Positions 22,020 through 35,790 of a stretch of 36,738 nt of DNA are shown piece by piece. The stretch spans positions 74,044,384 to 74,081,121 of the forward strand of contig NC_068987.1 of assembly GCF_001194135.2 (NCBI RefSeq). Reading direction: 5' to 3'. Every line of letters begins with the position of its first letter. The stretch's first letter is position 1. A program made the position numbers and the translations under genes. The notes under the pieces were generated by a model. It ran no database searches. It was not told the DNA's origin and saw only the letters and a list, made by a program, of their open reading frames with translations. Source of the stretch: Octopus bimaculoides. Lineage: Eukaryota.

Positions 22020-22772
22020 CTAGACAAATATATACATATAAATATTTATGTTTAGAGTTATTAATGATAAAAAAGGTACTCATTATACATTGTTAGGAAT
22101 GAAAACAAGAGGTTGAATGTATTTATTTGTATAAAGTTGATGATTCACTCCCTAGCTATACATGATATACTCATTCAATCTTTAAAAGGATGACTGCTGA
22201 AAAGTAAGATGGTAGAAATGTTACTGATTCATGGATCTCTTTGGTTTGTATAAGTCATGTGTTGAGCGTCAGTGTCTGGAGGTTGTTGGTGGAAGTCAAG
22301 GGAGGCAGGTTTATATTATTCAATTAGTCCAACAGTCATAGTGGAGATTACATTTTTGTGTAGTAGTATTTGTGATTGAAAAACATTTTGCAACTGAATT
22401 TTTTTTTTTCTTTTTAACCAAATCAATTCCTTCCAAAATCTCAATGACCACTTGATCTGAAACATTTCAAACAATCAGCTTATATCCATATATCAGCAGA
22501 CAAGTCAGAAAAATAATCTATATAATCTACACATCAAAAGACACAACAAACTTCTGTAAGACAACATCACTAAAATACACAAGAAAATAAACCTTAAAAT
22601 TTTTATTAAGGCACAAGCATGGCTGTGTGGGTAAGAAGCTCATTTTGCAACTGCATGGTTTCAGGTTCAATCTCATTGTGTAACACCTTGGGCAAATGTA
22701 TTCTACTATAATCCCAAGTCAATCAATTCCTTATGAATAAATTTAGTACATGGAAACTGTGTTGAAATCCAC

Positions 22773-22825
<53 letters not shown>

Positions 22826-24057
22826 CGTGTGTGTTTATCGCCCACCACTGCATGACAACTGGCATTTGTTTGTTTACATCTCCCATAACTTAGCCAAATG
22901 GTAAAAGAGACTGATAGAATAAGTACCAGGCACGAAAATAAGTATTAGGGTTGATTTGTTTGACTAAACCCTTCAAGGTAGTGCCACAGCATGGCTGAAA
23001 CAAGTAAAAGACAAAAGATTGAATATGGAGGCAAAAGTCACACAACTAAAAATCAAAAATAACAGGAAGCACCTTACTCCATGAACACTCTTCATCAGCC
23101 TTAAAACTTCTTTCCCCACCCTAAAAGTAGGTTAATGAAACTCTCCATCACCAGAATTGAAGTGAGTTTAATCAGTAGAACATTTATCTCCATTAATCCC
23201 CAAATTAGAAATGCCAATAGATTAGCTCAATAATGACTAAGCAGTTAAAATTATAAAAGATAAGTCAAAACATTTACCCAGTTTGAGAGAGAAAAAATAC
23301 TACTTATCTATATTCAAAACTTTTTACTGAAAACTTTAGACAAGATCAAACAACTCCTTGAGTCATATTAATTTCAGTACTGTCATGAATGCTAGAAAGT
23401 CACTTCCATTTTTGATGACTCTAATGGCTTAATAAAAAGGTGAAACCCTGTCTCTAATGTTTTGATGGAATAAGGTACTTAAACTAGTTGGCTTTTTCAT
23501 CCAAGATGAGCTTCAACAGTTTCCATCAACCAAATTCACTCACGAGAACATTGGTCAGCCCAGTGCTATTGTAAAAGATACTTGTCCAAGGTACCACACA
23601 GTAGGACCAATCCTGAAATTAAGTGGTTGCAAAGCAAACTTCTTAACCACACAGCCATGCCTGCAACTGGTATTTTCTTTTTAACTGACCCCCAAAAGGA
23701 AGTAAGACAAAGTTGACCTCAAAAAGGATTTGATCTCAGTGCACAGAGAGACAGAACAAATATTGCAAAGTATTCAATTTGCTGTTCTAACAATTCTGCC
23801 AGTCCCCTATCTTATATCATCTTCGAACATTTTACTGTTGTTTCCCATTTCTATCAAATTCAGAAGGTTGTTATCCTCTTTACATTTTGATGGTGATTAT
23901 TAAATTTCACGAAGTAGCAGATTTCATTTCCTGACACATGTGATCGCCCATCATGCGGTAAATAAAGGTTAACTGTCTCCATTGCTAATGTCACAACCTA
24001 CAGTCATTATGCCACCTAGCTAATTAAACACACAGTGATTGATTAATTAATCCTTAC

Positions 24058-24215
24058 TTGTCATGAATTCTTCAAGATTCAATAAATTTGAAGCCCTCAC
24101 AATTTCTGCCCAACTTTTCTCACTCAACCATTCAGGGGCTGGATTAGGGTATGGATTATCCAGAGCCACACCTCCAGTTAACAGAAAACGCCAAACTTCT
24201 TCATCAACATTTCCT
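24058..24215 (-). CDS. DNAH3: DNAH3-like exon 3: (A)GNVDEEVWRFLLTGGVALDNPYPNPAPEWLSEKSWAEIVRASNLLNLEEFMT
   Basis: TTTTCTTTTCCAG acceptor, GTAAG donor; 158 nt, phase 2/1; DNPYPNPAP.WLSEK.WAEIVRAS is, as I recall, DNAH3-like rather than DNAH7-like. Confidence 0.9.
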
Positions 24216-24344
24216 CTGGAAAAGAAAAGAGGACATATGTTACAACATTGTAAAAGAACATTAAACAGACAGTTGGCCACAAATACATCATGGGTAAACT
24301 CCTCAAACTGAAGATATTTACTGCATTGTTGTTGGAGAATCTCT

Positions 24345-24831
24345 CATTGCTGTTGTTATTGGTACTCCGTCGCTTACGACGTCAAGGGTTCCAGTTGATC
24401 CGATCAACGGAACAGCCTGCTCGTGAAATTAACGTGCAAGTGGCTGAGCACTCCACAGACACGTGTACCCTTAACATAGTTCTTGGGGATATTCAGCGTG
24501 ACACAGTGTGACAAAGATGACCTTTTGAATTACAGGCACAACAGAAACAGGAAGTAAGAGTGAGAGAAAGTTGTGGTGAAAGAGTACAGCAGGGTTCGCC
24601 ACCATCCCCTGCCGGAGCCTCGTGGAGCTTTGGGTGTTTTCNNNNNNNNNNNNNNNNNNNNNNNNNNNNNNNNNNNNNNNNNNNNNNNNNNNNNNNNNNN
24701 NNNNNNNNNNNNNNNNNNNNNNNNNNNNNNNNNNNNNNNNNNNNNNNNNNNNNNNNNNNNNNNNNNNNNNNNNNNNNNNNNNNNNNNNNNNTGAGTCCGC
24801 TGCCCTAGCCACTGGACCATTGCGCCTCCAC
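24345..24831 (-). mobile_element. tRNA-derived SINE, family D (spans a 150-N gap)
   Basis: Minus-strand head GTGGAGGCGCAATGGTCCAGTGGCTAGGGCAGCGGACTCA; (CAA)n-like tail. Confidence 0.65.
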
Positions 24832-25030
24832 TCTCATTGCTACACACCTTGAAAAAAGCATTAATTATCATAATTCACCATATCTTTTAGTCTTAATCTA
24901 ATTCATAGGTTCTATTGTCCAATAAGTGACACTATTAATAATGAATGGTCGAGCAGAAAATACGCATAATATCATCACAGGTATATTTCGATGAGCTTGA
25001 TCTTCAATTGTTCAGTAATATATTATTTGA

Positions 25031-25242
25031 TTCTTTTATTTGTTTCAGTCATTTGACTGGCCGTGCTGGAGCACTGCCTTTAGTCAAACAAATCGACCCC
25101 AAAACTTATTCTTTGTAAGGCTAGTACTTACTCGATCGGTCTCTTTTGCCAAACCGCTAAGTTACGGGAACATAAGCACACCAACATCAGTTGTCAAACA
25201 ATGGTAGAAGGACAAATACAGACACACAAACATATACATACA

Positions 25243-25305
<63 letters not shown>

Positions 25306-25458
25306 TTTATTGAGGGACTTCTTTCAGTTTCTGTCTATCAAATCCACTCGCAAGGATTTGGTCAGCCTGAGGCTATAGTAACAGATGCTCAAGGTACCAC
25401 ACAGTGGGACTGAACCCTGATTCATGTGGTTGGTAAGCAAGCTACTTACCATGCAGCC
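25031..25458 (-). mobile_element. tRNA-derived SINE, family A, inverted copy
   Basis: Colinear reverse complement of 26047-26467. Partial copies also lie near 1830-2040, 11940-12180, 22615-23020, 23520-23670 and 29600-29900. Confidence 0.8.
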
Positions 25459-25494
25459 AAGACTAAAGCTGTTGTTAGCAAGAAAGGAAATAAG

Positions 25495-25925
25495 ACACCC
25501 ATTCCAACTGATTAATGACCCTGCTCAATATGTAGGAAAGGAGTGAGATGTAATTCCATTTGCTGCACCAAGTGTAACCAATGGACACATAAGCAATGCT
25601 GTGGAATCGTGGGTAGGTTATCGGATAGCATTGCTTTTGTGTGTGGTAGATGCACAGGAACAATAAGTACTAAGAGCCCGAGGGATTTAAACTCTCTTAA
25701 ATGCCCAGGAAGCTCTCTTGAGGTAGTAGATAGTTTCTGCTATTTAGGTGACCAAATTAGTAATGGTGGATGCTCTGAAAGTATTGTTTCTAGAATAAGA
25801 ATAGGATGGAGGAAGTTCAGAGAACTACTACCTCCGTTGGCCACAAGAGGACTCTCTCTTTCAGAGTGAAAGGTAGATTGTATGAGAACGGCTATGTTAC
25901 ATGGTAGTGAGACATGAGTAGTGAA
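25495..25925 (+). mobile_element. RTE-clade LINE ORF2 fragment (post-RT Cys-rich segment)
   Basis: PCSICRKGV; NSICCTKCNQWTHKQC...FVCGRC; LEVVDSFCYLGD; RIRIGWRKFRELLP; AMLHGSET. Confidence 0.85.
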
Positions 25926-26046
25926 GGATACCTATTGTATGAGAGTGAAACATATCTCTTTCAATAACACTCTTAAATTAGGCTAAGCACATTCTGATAG
26001 GACACTAAACAACAACAACAACAAAAATATTTTGAAAAGGTTCACA

Positions 26047-26467
26047 GGCGCAGGAGTGGCTGTGTGGTAAGTAGCTTGCTTACCAACCACATGGTTCCGG
26101 GTTCATCCCCACCGCGTGGCACCTTGGGCAAGTGTCTTCTACTATAGCCTCGGGCCGACCAAAGCCTTGTGAGTGGATTTGGTAGACAGAAACTGAAAGA
26201 AACCCGTCGTATATATGTATATATATATATATGTATGTGTGTGTATATGTTTGTGTCTGTGTCCCCCCAACATCGCTTGACAACCGATGCTGGTATGTTT
26301 ACGTCCCCTGTAACTTAGCAGTTCGGCTAAAGAGACCGATAGAATAAGTACTAGGCTTACAAAGAATAAGTCCTGGGGTCGATTTGCTCGACTAAAGGCA
26401 GTGCTCCAGCATGGCCACAGTCAAATGACTGAAACAAGTAAAAAGAGTAAAAAGAGAAAAAAGAGTA
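26047..26467 (+). mobile_element. Full-length tRNA-derived SINE, family A
   Basis: Head with A-box-like TGGCTGTGTGG and B-box-like GGTTCATCCC; central (TA)/(TG) tract; (AAAAAGAGT)n tail. Confidence 0.8.
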
Positions 26468-26497
26468 ATCCGATATCCAAAACAAATGAATGCTTAC

Positions 26498-26658
26498 GCT
26501 CCTTTCATGAGCTCAACACATAAAATGAATGAGAAGAGAAGCTTATCTTTCTCAAACAAAGACCGACACACATTCCGATAGATGCTGTTTGTGAAATACA
26601 AGTTGAGGTTTTCAATCCGTTTCTCAATATTCGATGCCGGTGGGCTGTTGGTTATACA
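26498..26658 (-). CDS. DNAH3: DNAH3-like exon 2: [53 protein letters not shown]
   Basis: TTACAG acceptor, GTAAG donor; 161 nt, phase 0/2; [15 protein letters not shown] motif. Confidence 0.9.
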
Positions 26659-26749
26659 CTGTAATGTACAGATAAAATACAATTAAAGTCAGGTCACACT
26701 ACATGTCACATGTTATACTGATAGTACAGTCTTAATATCCTTATCACTA

Positions 26750-27150
26750 CATTGTCATCATCGTCATTATCATCATCATATCACCACCACCACCACCACC
26801 ACACCATCACCACCAATGTATTATCATTGTTAGCATTATAATCTTCCCCCATCATCATCATCATCATCAACCTTGTGGTCATCATTAACACCATTAAAAT
26901 CACCATTGTCCACTTTATCATTGTTATCACCATTGACATCAACGTTGTTAACCAGCATCACCACCACCATCATCATCATCATCATCACTATCAAACCACT
27001 GCTGTTATTATTGCCATTATTGGCATTGCCATAGTCACAGACATCGTCATTGTCATCATCACTCAGAACGATCACAATTATTATTGCAATATCAACATCA
27101 TCACTGTCATTATCATGCTTATTACCACCACCACCACCACCACCAATACC
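26750..27150. repeat. (CAT)n/(CAC)n low-complexity tract
   Basis: Seen directly; similar tracts at about 8720-8870, 9140-9365 and 12195-12235. Confidence 0.9.
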
Positions 27151-27556
27151 AACACATCTAAAACAGCTACACATTGCTAAAATGTTACATACAATCTCTC
27201 CCAGTGATGTCACCTTACCTTGTTAAAGTGCTATGTGCCATGACTCCACTATGGTGTTACATTCTTTCATCAGTAGAATTATATCTCCCTTCAAGTTGTG
27301 TAACACCTTCCTCTCACTACAAGTTTTATCCCACTATTGGTAATACATCCTGCTGCCTTGTGGTGTTAAACCCCCTCCCGCACCAGAAATATGACATTCT
27401 CCTCCTACCACCCATAGTGTTGCATTCTCCTCTCACCACCCACAGCGTTACATTCTCCTCCCACCACTAGTCTTGCATCATACTCCCTGCTCTTGTGATA
27501 TCACATCCTCCTGCCACTACTCTCATATGTTATACTTTCCTACCAGAGTTGTTATA

Positions 27557-27772
27557 CAAGTGGGTGTTGAAAAGTTCCTGGCTTTAGGTAAAAGAAAATA
27601 CAGGAGGATCAGTTAATTATTTTATTCAACATATTACCCTTTCAGATTCACACACTTATTGCAACAGTTCTTTCCTTTTTTTCAATGCCTTGTAAAAGAA
27701 TTTGGAATGCTAGACCGCCAACCAGGCCTATCGTGATACCCTTAAAACCAGCAACTTTTCAGCGCCGCTTCA
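27557..27772. mobile_element. Mariner-derived MITE, copy 4
   Basis: Same internal sequence as copy 1; TA flanks at 27555-56 and 27773-74. Confidence 0.75.
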
Positions 27773-27927
27773 TACTTCCGCTGACTATAGAAGTTACATC
27801 CTCTCCCACCATTAGTCTTATGCTACTCCTACCTCCACTCAGAGAGAAAAATGAAAATCCTTGTTTAAGAACTGTAGCTGAAACTGACACATAAACCATA
27901 AGCAATATTATCTGAATGTAGTAGATA

Positions 27928-27993
<66 letters not shown>

Positions 27994-28281
27994 ATTTGCA
28001 TGACCATGTGGCTGAGAAGCTTGCTTCCTAACCATGTGGTCTTGGGTTCAGTTATGTATGGATACATGTTTCTCTGTATTATAAGTGCAATGGGTGCATG
28101 TTTATGAAAGATGTAATGCTCTTGGTATATGTGCACATATATATATATGTTGTTACATATGGTGTTTGTGTGCACACATGCTTGTGTGTGTGTGTGTGTG
28201 TGTGAGTGTGCATAGATGCATGTATAAATAAATGTATATGCATGCAATACAGAAAAATGAAGGTTAAGTAAAGAAATCAGC

Positions 28282-28480
28282 ATGTAGTGTATCACATGAC
28301 AACAACAGATGACAACTAATCGGTGTGAACATGTGATTGTAGACATGACTTTGTATGACTGTAAAAGAGGTGAAATATGTAGTGTACCACATGACAACAC
28401 AGCAATCTATCAATGTGAACATGTGATTATAGACATTGCTTTGTGTGACTGTAAAAGATGTGAAACGGTTACATGTAGTG
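28282..28480. repeat. Diverged tandem repeat with period of about 95 bp (2+ units)
   Basis: ATGTAGTG starts at 28282, 28377 and 28473 with shared internal blocks. Confidence 0.7.
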
Positions 28481-31400
28481 ACTGACATGATGCTATGCTA
28501 TGGGAAGTGAAACAACACAAGCTTCAACATATAGTGTACCACATGGTAACAAAAGTTCAAACAAACTACATAAAGAAAAGAAATTCTTGAGAGACAAAAA
28601 AAAAAAAATCCTCACCTCAAAAAGATGGAATATATTAAAGTTATGAAAAGGACATGCAAGATATGAAGGGATACAGACAGTGGAAAAGAAGGAGCAATGT
28701 AGACAGACAACAACCTGTAGTGTGTGTGTGTGTGTGTGTGCGCGTGTGCGTGCATGAGTGAGATGTTGTGGTGTAAGGCGATGGGACACGAGACATGACG
28801 CAGTGAAGTTTGTGGTGGAAGTGTTTGTGAAAGAGGCAGGCTGAGTGAGATGTATCAGGATAGAAGTAGAAACTCAATGAAAGCAAGATGACAGTGGAGG
28901 AAGTGTGATCCTGTGAACGGACAGGGAGACAGCACTCAGGGTTAAAAGTGAGAACAATACATAATGCAGGCGACAGATTGGGAGGACGAGGGGGAAGAAT
29001 AATAATAATAATAAGAAGAAGAAGAAGAAGAAGGCAGGAAGGAAGGAAGGAGGGAAGAGAAAAAAAGAGAAGGAAAAGAAGGGGAGGAGGAGGGCATGAT
29101 AAGAAAAAAGAAAGCTAGAAAGAGGATCTAGAACCTGTAGTCCAAGATATGTGTAAACATGGTCTATATCCTAGCCTCCATACAGAACAGGATCTCAAAA
29201 GAATCGAAGATACAAGAGAAGTGAGCATTTTTTGCAATTTTATGTCGATTAGGGTAATAATTAGCTGAGTCTGCAGCACAGGTTCAATTCCAGCTAAACT
29301 GTTAGTTCACATCATTTATTCTTTCTATTATTGAATTCTGCAATAATCAGTAGCATGGAAAAAAGATGAGCTTCAACAATATTGATTGTTCTCTACATGA
29401 TAAGTAAATTCATGGAATTGGTGCTTATCTGGAGGACCTATAAGGAGGGGTAGTGAAGTTCAGCAGGTACATTGAACTGGGCCTGTGACTATCTGCCAGG
29501 CTCATTCCTAAAAATAAGCTCACAATCCCTTGAATTCTGAGATGATGCTCCTGTCCAGGTCTTGAAAGCAGCTTTAATCTACCTTGCCAAACTTCTCTTA
29601 AAGAAATAGCTGTGTGGTTAAGGTGTTTGTTTTCCAACCATGTGGTTTTGAGTTCAGTTCCATCCCATTGTATGCCACCTTGGGCCAAAACTTTGTGAGC
29701 AGTTTTGGCTGTGGGGTTGAGTAGCTTGTTTCTCAACCATGTGGTTTCGAGTTTGGTCCTGTCCCTTTGTGTGGCACACATCTTGAGCCAACCAAAGCCT
29801 TCTGAGTGGTTTTGGCTGATGGAAACTGAAAGAAGCCTTTTGTATGTGTGTGTGTGTGTGTGTGTGTGCATGTGCATGTGAGTGTGTCCACTTGTCTTGA
29901 CATCACATGATGGTTCTAAATGAATGTCAATATCATGCAAGTGATGTCATTTGTTTCCAGTCTCCTATGAGAACTTGCCTGGCCATGCTTGGACACAGGT
30001 GAGAGTTGGGAGCAGGAACAGTCTCTGGTCACAGAAAACCTACCTTGATAAATCCCATCTGTCCCATGTAAGCATAGAAAAGTGGATGTTAAAATGTGGA
30101 AGATGAAATCTTGTTCATTTTCAAGTACTCCTGATCAACTCCAAACAGATTTTCTAAAAGTGGCAACCAAATTTCACAGAATAACTCAATGGATCATTTG
30201 TCAATTCCAAATGCTACTATCACTGACTATAGCAGTAAACCATACAGCCTTGTAATACATGTTTAGTTAGGTGGACTGTACTACTCTGTGGCACCAATGT
30301 AACAGTGGGACTATATCACACTGCAGTATCTGCTAAGAGCTAGATGGATTATAGCTCACTCTGTTACCTATATACAACTAGGTCAACTATATCTCACTGT
30401 AGCATCTATATATAATTAAACAAATTGTATTTCATGTGCGGCATGTTTAGACCTTTGTAGACATGCTCTTTAAGTATTAAAATATCTAGGTTACAGATAG
30501 AATGCATTAGGAGTGATGGTATATGAACCAGCAACATCTCAGACAATTGTGTAATACGCAACTGACTTGACTGTCTGCATTCACTCTCAACAAACTCCAT
30601 GGAGACAATGGTCCTTCTAGGATTATGCAACAAGCCATAACACAAAAGAGATTATTCATTAAGAATGGTTGTTAAAGAATTTGACGGTGTGCTTTTCTTT
30701 TTGAGATACTGTTATCAGAAACTGAATAAGAGAAGAGACTAGGCCACATATTCAACACACAGATATTGTAAATAAAGTGGGTGTTTCAGAGATTCATATC
30801 ACAAGTGATAAAGGGTGGAGCGACAAATGGTGAAGAATAGAAAGAGACATTTAATGAGCTATTGAGAGATCAGTGCATAGATATATCTCCAATAAATCAC
30901 CAGCGATAATGGTTTTTAAAACATCAGGAACTTTGTATTATTTTACTACTAGACATAGATCCATCATTTTTAAAAATGTTTATTCAAAATTTTTCATACA
31001 CATTACCAACCAACAAACTTTACTGGCAGTATCGATAAAGCACCAAACAAAATACTTTGTAATATTTACTTTTGATTCTTAACATTCTGAATTTAAATCC
31101 CACTGGCATTGACTTCATTTTTTTTCTTCGTTTCATCATCACCATCATCATCATTATCATTTAACGTCTGCTTTCCATGCTAGCATGGGTTGGACGATTT
31201 GACTGAGGACTGGTGAGCCAAATGGCTACAGAGGCTCCAATTTGATTTGGCAGAGTTTCTACAGTTGGATGCCCTTCCTAACACCAACCACTCCGAGAGA
31301 GTAGTGGATGCTTTTATGTGCCACCAGCATGAAGGCCAGTCAGGCGGTACTGGCAATGGCCACGCTCAAAAGGATGTACATTATGTGTCACCTGCGCAGG

Positions 31401-32245
31401 AGCCAGTCCAGCGGCACTGGCAACAACCTCACTCGAATGTCTTTTCACGTGCCACCGGCACGAGTACCGGGAAGGTGACACAGGTAACGATCACACTCAA
31501 ATGGTGCTATTTACATGCCACTGGCACAGAAGCCAGACAGCTGCTCTGGCAACGATCATGCTCGGACGGTGATGTTAGTGCTCCACTGGTACAGGTGCCA
31601 TCATGATTTCAAAGTAATTAAATTAAGTACTAATCAAGTTACTACGTTGTAGGGGTTAATATAATTAATTGTACTCTTCAAGTATTTGTGATTTTGTGCC
31701 TCTGTTAGTAATTTCATTTTTTTTTTTAAGAAAGACCTATACTATTTTCAGAGAATTATCAAATATCTTGTTCTTTCACATTTTACAAAACCCTTTCAAA
31801 AAGAGTCTTGATAACATTTCAGTCTTTAACCAATACCAGAGAACTACCAACATGCAAAAGTGGTGCTTTTCTATGTTATGGGTTTCAAGAAGTGGAACAT
31901 TTTGCTAAAGCTATTAAAAAGTAGTCTCAGAGAACCCAGTAAATTGGAGTTTTTATCTGCTAATACCTAATTTTAAAATTATTTACCAATTTATTATGTT
32001 CGTAACAGTTATGATTTTTTATTAAAACGAAAATGAGTCATCAACACTAATTAAATACCTGGCAATATTCAGAGCACTAAATATTCCTTGAGATGAAATT
32101 TGCATAAAACACTGTTTGATAATCCAAGATGATAGAAAGGAATGTAGTGGGAGTATCAGCATTATAAAGGGGCAGTAAGGGATATATTGAAGATATATCT
32201 ATAACTCAACACAAACATCTCTATACCTCATACACAAATATACAT

Positions 32246-32248
<3 letters not shown>

Positions 32249-32342
<94 letters not shown>

Positions 32343-32397
32343 TATATATATATACATACACACACACATACAAATATGTATACATATACATATATCC

Positions 32398-32460
<63 letters not shown>

Positions 32461-32462
32461 TT
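32249..32462. repeat. Long (TA)n followed by (CA)n microsatellite
   Basis: Seen directly; other long (TA)n/(TG)n tracts near 5230, 7643, 8515, 22775, 27929 and 34108. Confidence 0.95.
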
Positions 32463-33473
32463 AATATACACACGTGCTCACCACCAACAGGCCCCTTCCT
32501 CAGACAGACATAGTTACCTTCTGCAGGAAATCACACTGTGGTATAAGCTGGAAGAAATGGCAGGTCAAGGATGAATTATATAAAAAGAAGAAGAAGAAAC
32601 AAAACTGAGATCTAAAATGGAATTTAAAAAAAAAATTTCCATTGAAGTTATATTTGATATTTGCATGACACATGGCTAATAGTTGTCATCATATAATTTG
32701 TGTAAAGATTTTCATTGGCCACAGTCAAATGTTTAATTAGCATCTTCTCTGCCAAGTGTTCACATTCATTTAACAGTAACACCAGCATCAACAACAACAT
32801 GAACAAACCTGCCTTAACCTACTATCTATTATCTTCATGAGAAAAACCCTAAGGTACCTAAGACATTGTTGAACAAACATTAGTCTTTAAAGCTATAGGA
32901 TTATCTGAGGGATAAATTTGTAAATTGAGACAATTATCAAAGTTAACTTTTGTGACTTCGCAGATATTAGAGAGATAGAATCAAATAATTGACTAGACAA
33001 ACAAATAATTTCTCTCCATATCTTAGCTGAAGTTGATACTAGGAGAATAATTTCACTGGACAGTAGTGAGAACAAAACTTGGTCGCTGGGAAAACATTTG
33101 TATTGTAAAAAGATAAACATAAAGATGAGACAAAGCAAGAGTCAGATCTCCCCCAAAGAAAAGACAAAATAATTTTATACATTCCCTTTATGCTTGGACT
33201 TGTGCCTTGGAGGGGAACTTTTTAGATGCAATCCCATTGTCATTCATGACTGAAGGGAATCTTTTACATTCACTTTAATAAGTCCTCAAGTAACTGTCCA
33301 CTGATGATATGTGAACTAGTTCACATTGGCAAGGGGAGAAAAGAGTCTATTTCTGCTGGTTACTAGGTTCTTATTACTTACAATGACCCAAATGAACAAC
33401 AGTAAACGATATCACAGATAAATACACTGTACATGAATGTGTAACCAAACCCCTTGATATAAGAATAACTTAC

Positions 33474-33716
33474 ATGTAGATACAGGTTGATAAACCAAGT
33501 GAGAGAATATTGGTACATAGGTTCAATATTGGCAAGTTCTGTAATACAAAAGAATAATATGGAAGAATGAACAGCCACAGGCCGGTAACCATTCCTTGTT
33601 TCATCAATCTCTATCTCTGTTGCAACTGCAATAGCTTGCTTTGCTGATATCTCTTCTGCCAAAAGTTTTGATGAAGTTAAGACTTTATTTGCAGTTTCAT
33701 CTTCTAGAATATTCCC
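33474..33716 (-). CDS. DNAH3: Axonemal dynein heavy chain (DNAH3-like), exon 1 of 13 in window: GNILEDETANKVLTSSKLLAEEISAKQ...PMYQYSLTWFINLYLH
   Basis: Acceptor TTTTCACACTTAG, donor GTAAGT; 243 nt, phase 0/0; conserved axonemal DHC motifs GNILEDETA and EPMYQYSL.WF. Confidence 0.9.
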
Positions 33717-33844
33717 CTAAGTGTGAAAAAAATAGTCAAAGATAAATCGTAAAGAACATTTCGAACTGAAAAAAGATAATAAATTATAATAATAAATTGT
33801 TCCAGGTGTGAAAGGATACTTAGTGTTTATAGTAACATGCTTAA

Positions 33845-34064
33845 CCCTTTAACTTTCAAATTAATTTATCAAATGTAATGCTTATTTATCCCTATCTTTA
33901 AAAATTGATCGTGCATTATCTTGTAGTGCCAAGATTTTGAAGATATGACTGTTTATTTTTAGAATGACATTGTAGGGTAGATGTGATAGGTTGAATCTGG
34001 CCAGTTTCAACATAAAACAGGTAGAATATTTGGGCAGGATATGGCCAGTTTAAATGCTAAAGGG
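33845..34064. mobile_element. piggyBac-like MITE
   Basis: TTAA at 33841-44 and 34065-68; termini CCCTTTA...TAAAGGG. Confidence 0.75.
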
Positions 34065-34102
34065 TTAAAACTTACATATCATTTCTGAAAAAAATGAATA
34101 AT

Positions 34103-34163
<61 letters not shown>

Positions 34164-35256
34164 CATGTCATTCACAAAGGTGGTTTTTAAATGAAAGAAC
34201 ACAAGAATAGGCATTTCTTTTAAACTTTCATTTCATATTTCAAAAAATATTCAGACAGTGGATATTCAAAAGAAAATCAGGCTCAGTTTACCAGCTATGA
34301 TCAGAAACAAGTAACTCTTGAGAACTAGAAATCAAAGCCATTCAGTTACAATGTATTAAAGAATACTCTGCATTTGCATTGAGACTTACAGTTTTTTGCT
34401 TCTGATGAATCAACATGTGTATGTGTGTGTGTATGTGTGTGTGTATGTGTGTGTGTGTGTCTGTGAGTGTGTGTGTGTATTATATATATATATATATATA
34501 GTCATTCCAAACATGAACAAGCAAGAAAAAACAACAACGCTTTGCTGGGTGGAGGTGCTTATTTCCCCTTTGAAAACATAAGGACACAGAAAATGTGTCA
34601 TGGCCAACTGGAAACAGTGTTTCCTAGGGATAAATAGCAGTAGCATTCTTCCCTTTCATAGGACTGCCACAATAAGTTGGCAACATACCATCACTTTATA
34701 TATANNNNNNNNNNNNNNNNNNNNNNNNNNNNNNNNNNNNNNNNNNNNNNNNNNNNNNNNNNNNNNNNNNNNNNNNNNNNNNNNNNNNNNNNNNNNNNNN
34801 NNNNNNNNNNNNNNNNNNNNNNNNNNNNNNNNNNNNNNNNNNNNNNNNNNNNNNNNNNNNNNNNNNNNNNNNNNNNNNNNNNNNNNNNNNNNNNNNNNNN
34901 NNNNNNNNNNNNNNNNNNNNNNNNNNNNNNNNNNNNNNNNNNNNNNNNNNNNNNNNNNNNNNNNNNNNNNNNNNNNNNNNNNNNNNNNNNNNNNNNNNNN
35001 NNNNNNNNNNNNNNNNNNNNNNNNNNNNNNNNNNNNNNNNNNNNNNNNNNNNNNNNNNNNNNNNNNNNNNNNNNNNNNNNNNNNNNNNNNNNNNNNNNNN
35101 NNNNNNNNNNNNNNNNNNNNNNNNNNNNNNNNNNNNNNNNNNNNNNNNNNNNNNNNNNNNNNNNNNNNNNNNNNNNNNNNNNNNNNNNNNNNNNNNNNNN
35201 NNNNNNNNNNNNNNNNNNNNNNNNNNNNNNNNNNNNNNNNNNNNNNNNNNNNNNNN

Positions 35257-35288
<32 letters not shown>

Positions 35289-35432
35289 TAGTGTAATTCC
35301 ATGCTCAAGTCAAAGTCAGGTAAGTGATTGCATAAATACATACAGATAAATTAAGAAGGCCAAGCTGATGAGATAACAGTTCACAATAGTCCAAAGGGGA
35401 AGTCTTCAAATGAATCCAATAAATTTTTAAAA

Positions 35433-35520
35433 GTCTTACGGCCATTTTCAGGAATGTGTGAAGAAATATGTAGGAAGACCTTTTGAATTTCAGTAATCTA
35501 CATTTCCTTTGTCAGAGAAT
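35433..35520 (-). pseudogene. Decayed hammerhead relic HH-E
   Basis: Minus strand reads TCT-CTGACAA-AGGAAATGTAG...CTACATATTTCT...ACATTCCT-GAAA-ATGGCCGT-A-AGA. G8 is replaced by A, there is an extra A after GAAA, and helix I is only 3 bp. Confidence 0.35.
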
Positions 35521-35790
35521 ATGTACGGATTTGGAATTTTTAAACAAAATCATAAAATTATTCGTGTATAATTACTGTATATTCTTAAACATATATTTAC
35601 AATCCCACGAATAATTCTATGATCTTGTTTAAATATTTTTCTTAGAGGAATTCAAGTTCATGGTAAAGAGCTTTCTAGATAAGATGGATGAGGACTACAT
35701 ATTCATATATTAAGTATCTACATAATGTAAACATCCTTCTTATCAACTTGAATTCCTGTGAGAAAGTATCTAAGCATCAGCCTTTGGAAT

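Noticed and set aside
23062-23100. Minus-strand CTGATGA-AGAGTGTT...GTGCTT half motif
   Set aside because: Weak stem and no downstream GAAA/NUH.
33296-33332. CTGATGA-T followed by a perfect 18-nt palindrome ATGTGAACTAGTTCACAT
   Set aside because: No GAAA or helix III follows; only half a core (possibly a deleted relic).
3861-34646. Many 60-240-aa ORFs rich in YI, HT, CV, LS, poly-H/D or X
   Set aside because: They are translations of microsatellites, SINEs or N gaps, with no protein motifs or splice support.
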